Shown one piece after another: positions 60,804-64,000 of a DNA stretch of 64,000 nt. This DNA comes from an uncultured Thermoproteales archaeon (GTDB lineage: Archaea; Thermoproteota; Thermoprotei; Thermofilales; CAYSTQ01). Positions within the stretch are counted from its first letter, which is position 1; each line of letters opens with the position of its first letter. The translations under genes and the position numbers were made by a program. The stretch covers positions 14,279-78,278 of the forward strand of contig CAZCFI010000001.1 in NCBI GenBank assembly GCA_964497915.1, in the 5' to 3' direction. The notes under the pieces are model-generated. The model saw only the letters and a program-made list of their open reading frames with translations. It had not been told where the DNA came from and did not search any database.

Positions 60804-61541
60804 TTGTCCCACGTGCTCAGGTGCCGCCCTAGCGACGTGGGAGGCTACGTGCTCCTCTGCGGCGACCCAGACAGGGTGCCCAGGATCGCGAGCAGGTTCG
60901 CTAACGCCCGCGTGGTGTCCCAGGTCAGGGAGTTCCGCGTGATGACGGGGCTCGTCGACGGCGTAGCCGTGTCGGCGGCGTCCACGGGGATAGGCTGCCC
61001 CTCGGCCGTCATGATAGTCGAGGCCCTGATGGAGGCTGGCGCCCACACGTTCGTAAGGGTGGGCACGTCCGGGGCGCTCCAGAGGCGCGTCAGGGTGGGG
61101 GACGTCGTCATCGCCACTGCGGCGGTGAGGGACGAGGGGACCACGAGGTTCTACGTGCCGCCCGAGTACCCGGCGGTGGCGAGCCACGAAGTCGTGTCAG
61201 CGCTCGTCGAGGCGGCCGAGCGCCTGGGCGTGCGCTACCACGTCGGCGTGGTGCACACGAAGGACGCCTTCTACGTCGAGGAGCCCGACAGGCTCCCGAG
61301 TCGCGCATCGGCTCAGGAGAGGATGGAGGTCTGGGAGAGGGCTGGGGTGCTGGCGACGGAGATGGAGTGCTCCGGCATCTTCGTGGTCTCAGCCCTCAGG
61401 GGGGCCAGGGCTGGCGCGGTGCTGGCGGTGGTTGGCAGCACCGTCGAGGGGCGCCCGATAGTGGACGAGTCAGCTGGCGTTGACGACGCCATAGACGTGG
61501 CGGTCGAGGCCGTGAGGATCCTAGCGAGGCGGGAGCGTTGA
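60804..61541 (+). CDS. nucleoside phosphorylase (PNP/UDP family 1)
   Basis: 'VLLCGDPDRVPRIA', 'TGIGCPSAVMIVEAL', 'VRVGTSGAL', 'LATEMECSG'. Confidence 0.8.
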   Translation: MSHVLRCRPSDVGGYVLLCGDPDRVPRIASRFANARVVSQVREFRVMTGLVDGVAVSAASTGIGCPSAVMIVEALMEAGAHTFVRVGTSGALQRRVRVGDVVIATAAVRDEGTTRFYVPPEYPAVASHEVVSALVEAAERLGVRYHVGVVHTKDAFYVEEPDRLPSRASAQERMEVWERAGVLATEMECSGIFVVSALRGARAGAVLAVVGSTVEGRPIVDESAGVDDAIDVAVEAVRILARRER

Positions 61542-62308
61542 GGCTGCTGGAGGCCCTCGAGCGGGTGAGGGGGAGAATAGTCGACGTGCACTCGCACGTG
61601 GGCTCCGACCAGAGGTTCCTGCTCGACGGCTCCCCGGGCCGCATAGTCCAGGTCATGGACAGGTACGGCATCAGGGTGTCCCTGGTGTCCAGCACCCACT
61701 CGCTGCTCGCCGACTTCAGGGAGGGGAACAGGCTGGCGCTGGAGGCCGTTAGAGAACACCCCGGGAGGCTCCTGGGGCTGGTGGCCGTCAACCCGCACTA
61801 CGGGGGGGAGGCGCTCGAGGAGCTCCGCAGGTACGTTGGCGCGGGCTTCGTCGGGGTCAAGCTGCACCCAAACTACTTCAGGATATCAATGCTGGACGAG
61901 CTCACGCTGAGGGTCCTCGAGGAGGCCGAGAGGGTCGGGATCCCAGCGATGATACACTCTTACGACGGCGGCGTGGAGGTCTCCAGGCTCGCAGAGCTCT
62001 TCCCAGACCTGACGATAGTGATGTACCACATGGGCGGGGCCAGGTGGAGGGAGGGCATCGAGAGGGTTAGGAGGTTCGACAATGTGTACGCTGAGGTGTC
62101 CTCGTCGGTGGCCGACGCTGGGATGGTGGAGGCCGCCGTGGAGGCGCTGGGCTACGAGAGGGTGCTCCTCGGAACGGACATGCCCTACCTAGACCCAGCT
62201 GTGTCCCTGGGCAAGGTGCTGGGAGCAGATATAAGCTGGGAGGCGAAGGAGGCCATCCTGTGCTACAACGCTGAGGAGGTGATCGGGCCACGGCTGAGGG
62301 GGCTGTAG
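61538..62308 (+). CDS. metal-dependent amidohydrolase (TIM-barrel, amidohydrolase_2-like)
   Basis: HxH 'RIVDVHSHVGSD', 'GVKLHPNY', 'IMYHMGG', 'LLGTDMPY'. 4-nt overlap with the phosphorylase gene. Confidence 0.8.
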   Translation: MRLLEALERVRGRIVDVHSHVGSDQRFLLDGSPGRIVQVMDRYGIRVSLVSSTHSLLADFREGNRLALEAVREHPGRLLGLVAVNPHYGGEALEELRRYVGAGFVGVKLHPNYFRISMLDELTLRVLEEAERVGIPAMIHSYDGGVEVSRLAELFPDLTIVMYHMGGARWREGIERVRRFDNVYAEVSSSVADAGMVEAAVEALGYERVLLGTDMPYLDPAVSLGKVLGADISWEAKEAILCYNAEEVIGPRLRGL

Positions 62309-62316
62309 ACATCACC

Positions 62317-63000
62317 GTGTTCCACGGCTCCGAGAAGCCCATCACGAGCGAGGACCTGCAGAGGCTCCGCTCGCTCGGTATAGCCACGGTGGCTCTCTCA
62401 CCGGTGCCGCCTCCCAGCTCTGAGTGGGGCCCCGTCAACGAGCTCGTGCTCAGGGCGTCGAGGTCCCTGGGCGCGGTGCCCGTGGCCGGCACCTCCCCTC
62501 AAGGCCTGCAGCGCGGGGGCCTCAAGCTAAGCGGCTTTGGGGCCCTCAGGCTCTACGCGAGCGGTGGCAAGGTGGCGAGGGAGGCGCTCAATTGCGCGCT
62601 ATCGCTGGCAGAGGAGGCAGGCCTCCCCCTGATAGTGCAGGTCAGGCTCAGGTGGGGCGACCCGATTGGCGTCGACCTCGGTGAGCTGTGCTCTGCCGCC
62701 AGCGAGTTCAGAGGGGTTACGGTGGTGCTCTCGGGGGTCAACTACTCAGAGAACGTGGAGCTGGCGACGGTGGTGAGGCGCACCCCCAACGTCTGCGTCG
62801 ACATCGCGTACCACCAGGGGCTCCTGGGCGTGGAGTTCCTAGTGAGGCGCTTGGGCTCCAAGAGGGTGCTCTTCGGCACTGCCTACCCGCTGATGTACCC
62901 TGAGTGCTCAGTGCTCAAGGCGCTGATGGCCAAGCTCTCAGATAGCGAGAGGTACGACGTGCTCCGCGGTAACGCTGAGCGCATGCTGGGACTCGGCTGA
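62317..63000 (+). CDS. amidohydrolase-like paralog lacking the N-terminal HxH motif
   Basis: 'VLFGTAYPLMYPE' parallels 'VLLGTDMPYLDP' of the upstream gene. The N-terminus starts at '(V)FHGSEKP', where HxH would be. GTG start. Confidence 0.55.
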   Translation: MFHGSEKPITSEDLQRLRSLGIATVALSPVPPPSSEWGPVNELVLRASRSLGAVPVAGTSPQGLQRGGLKLSGFGALRLYASGGKVAREALNCALSLAEEAGLPLIVQVRLRWGDPIGVDLGELCSAASEFRGVTVVLSGVNYSENVELATVVRRTPNVCVDIAYHQGLLGVEFLVRRLGSKRVLFGTAYPLMYPECSVLKALMAKLSDSERYDVLRGNAERMLGLG

Positions 63001-63287
63001 GGAACGCTTATTAGAGCGCCCCCGCCAATCAAGCCACGGTGATGAGGGGTACCAAAGTAGTCAGTTTGCCGTGGGGGGAACCCCCTCTGGATGCTAGCTC
63101 CCCCCACGCTGAGCCCCCTAGGCAGCGCCCAGTCACTGCCCCTGACTAGTCAATCACGCTGATGCACCACGGCCTAGCATTGCATTAGGGCTACTCAAAC
63201 CAACATTTTGATATGACCGCGGGTGCTCAAGCGCAGGCTAGCTAATTACTCAATATCTCGCAGCAGGAGGGTGCCGGATCTGAGTGC

Positions 63288-64000
63288 TCATCGGCGATCT
63301 CCTGACGCCCTTAGGTCTAGCCTGACAGGTTTGATGCTGCCGTCCCTACCCACCTCGAGTGCCGTTGGTGGTACTCCATAGTACCTGCACGTGAAGACCG
63401 TGTACAGCCTGCCGCCGAACATCGCCCGGAAGCCCTCTGGGACTGGCTCGTGCGCCCTCACCACTGCGCTGATCCCATTATCACGCAAGAACCTCTCCAG
63501 CACGCGGAACCCGAAGTAAAATATCCCCTCGCCCCTCATGCTCGGGGCGTAGTCAGCCAGCTCCTCCCTCGGGTCGTTCCACAGCAGCTGCGTGAGCGTC
63601 GGGTGCCCGACGACCTCCTCCCTCGGGAGCTCGCGCACGTCGTCTAGCGTGAGCCGGTCTATGGGGAGGCCGCCGTGGACAGCGAACAGCCTCAGCCCCC
63701 CAGCCTCTATCAGGGCCGCCACCGGGAGGCTCAGGTAGACTGGCCTCACGAAGTGCCGGTAGAAGAGCCTCCACCTCGCCCCGTACCTCTCCCTCAGCTC
63801 AGCTAGGAACCCGTAGTAGGCGTTAATCGATGGATCCTCGTGGTTGCCCCTGAGGAGGACGACCCTGTCCTTAAACTTGGCCTTGAAGGCTAGAGCTCCA
63901 ATCAGCGTGAGGAGCTGCCGCGGGCCCCGGTCGACGTAGTCGCCCAAGAAGACTGTAAGGCAGTCCTCGTCGCGCGCGCACCTCGAGATCACGCTGAGTA
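63288..64000 (-). CDS. PPP-family metallophosphoesterase (Ser/Thr phosphatase-like), N-terminus beyond the window end
   Basis: 'VFLGDYVDRGP', 'VLLRGNHED', 'FAVHGGLP'. The expected upstream GDxHG motif is missing, so the gene continues past 64000. Confidence 0.85.
   Translation of the reverse strand, partial: LSVISRCARDEDCLTVFLGDYVDRGPRQLLTLIGALAFKAKFKDRVVLLRGNHEDPSINAYYGFLAELRERYGARWRLFYRHFVRPVYLSLPVAALIEAGGLRLFAVHGGLPIDRLTLDDVRELPREEVVGHPTLTQLLWNDPREELADYAPSMRGEGIFYFGFRVLERFLRDNGISAVVRAHEPVPEGFRAMFGGRLYTVFTCRYYGVPPTALEVGRDGSIKPVRLDLRASGDRR

Noticed and set aside
63030-63110. Possible C/D-box sRNA (GTGATGA at ~63038) in the 63.0-63.3 kb spacer
   Set aside because: No properly spaced D box (CTGA), C'/D' pair or terminal stem could be found on either strand. 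The similarity is limited to a single heptamer.
1-64000. CRISPR arrays, IS elements/transposases, integrases, rRNA
   Set aside because: Scanning by eye found no regularly spaced direct repeats, no DDE or tyrosine-recombinase-like ORFs, and no rRNA-like conserved tracts. The only repeats are the short regulatory-size ones reported above. A dedicated repeat finder could still reveal degenerate elements.

Overview
GC-rich archaeal chromosomal segment. It looks crenarchaeal and hyperthermophile-like: proteins rich in R/E/V/L, an intron-containing tRNA, short AT-rich TATA islands in otherwise GC-rich DNA, frequent GTG/TTG starts and many 1-4 nt start/stop overlaps. I call about 70 genes and found no rRNA, CRISPR array, transposase or integrase by eye.

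Content in order:
- nadE plus a divergent nitrilase-type amidase
- tRNA-Ser(CGA) with an intron
- a URO-D-family methyltransferase-like gene
- an ABC-2 exporter operon
- a biotin-dependent acyl-CoA carboxylase cluster (accC, birA, accB, mini-ORF, pccB, AHS2-like)
- a Rossmann+wHTH regulator divergent from a stand-alone NurA-like/HerA-like pair
- a four-gene envelope cluster: two paralogous OPT-like permeases, a 1516-aa inactive-M28/PA-FtsX fusion and a gingipain-like peptidase
- Dim2/Rio1
- a corrinoid protein
- an RHH/KaiC-like pair
- a DNA glycosylase, a radical SAM protein and regulators
- an 11-subunit complex-I-ordered gene set flanked by hyp maturation genes
- a TtuA-like PP-loop enzyme
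- a 2-oxoacid:ferredoxin oxidoreductase
- a polar amino-acid ABC importer
- a nucleoside phosphorylase, two amidohydrolase paralogs and a PPP phosphatase

Most interesting:
1. The nuo-like cluster has a NuoD-like subunit that keeps both [NiFe] cysteine motifs and a cleavable C-terminal tail, so it is probably a complex-I-like membrane hydrogenase.
2. The envelope cluster at 19.2-29.3 kb.
3. The regulator/NurA/HerA module with a structured intergenic region.

Three regions look like frameshift-decayed pseudogenes. All calls come from reading the supplied ORF translations and DNA by eye; no database search was run.
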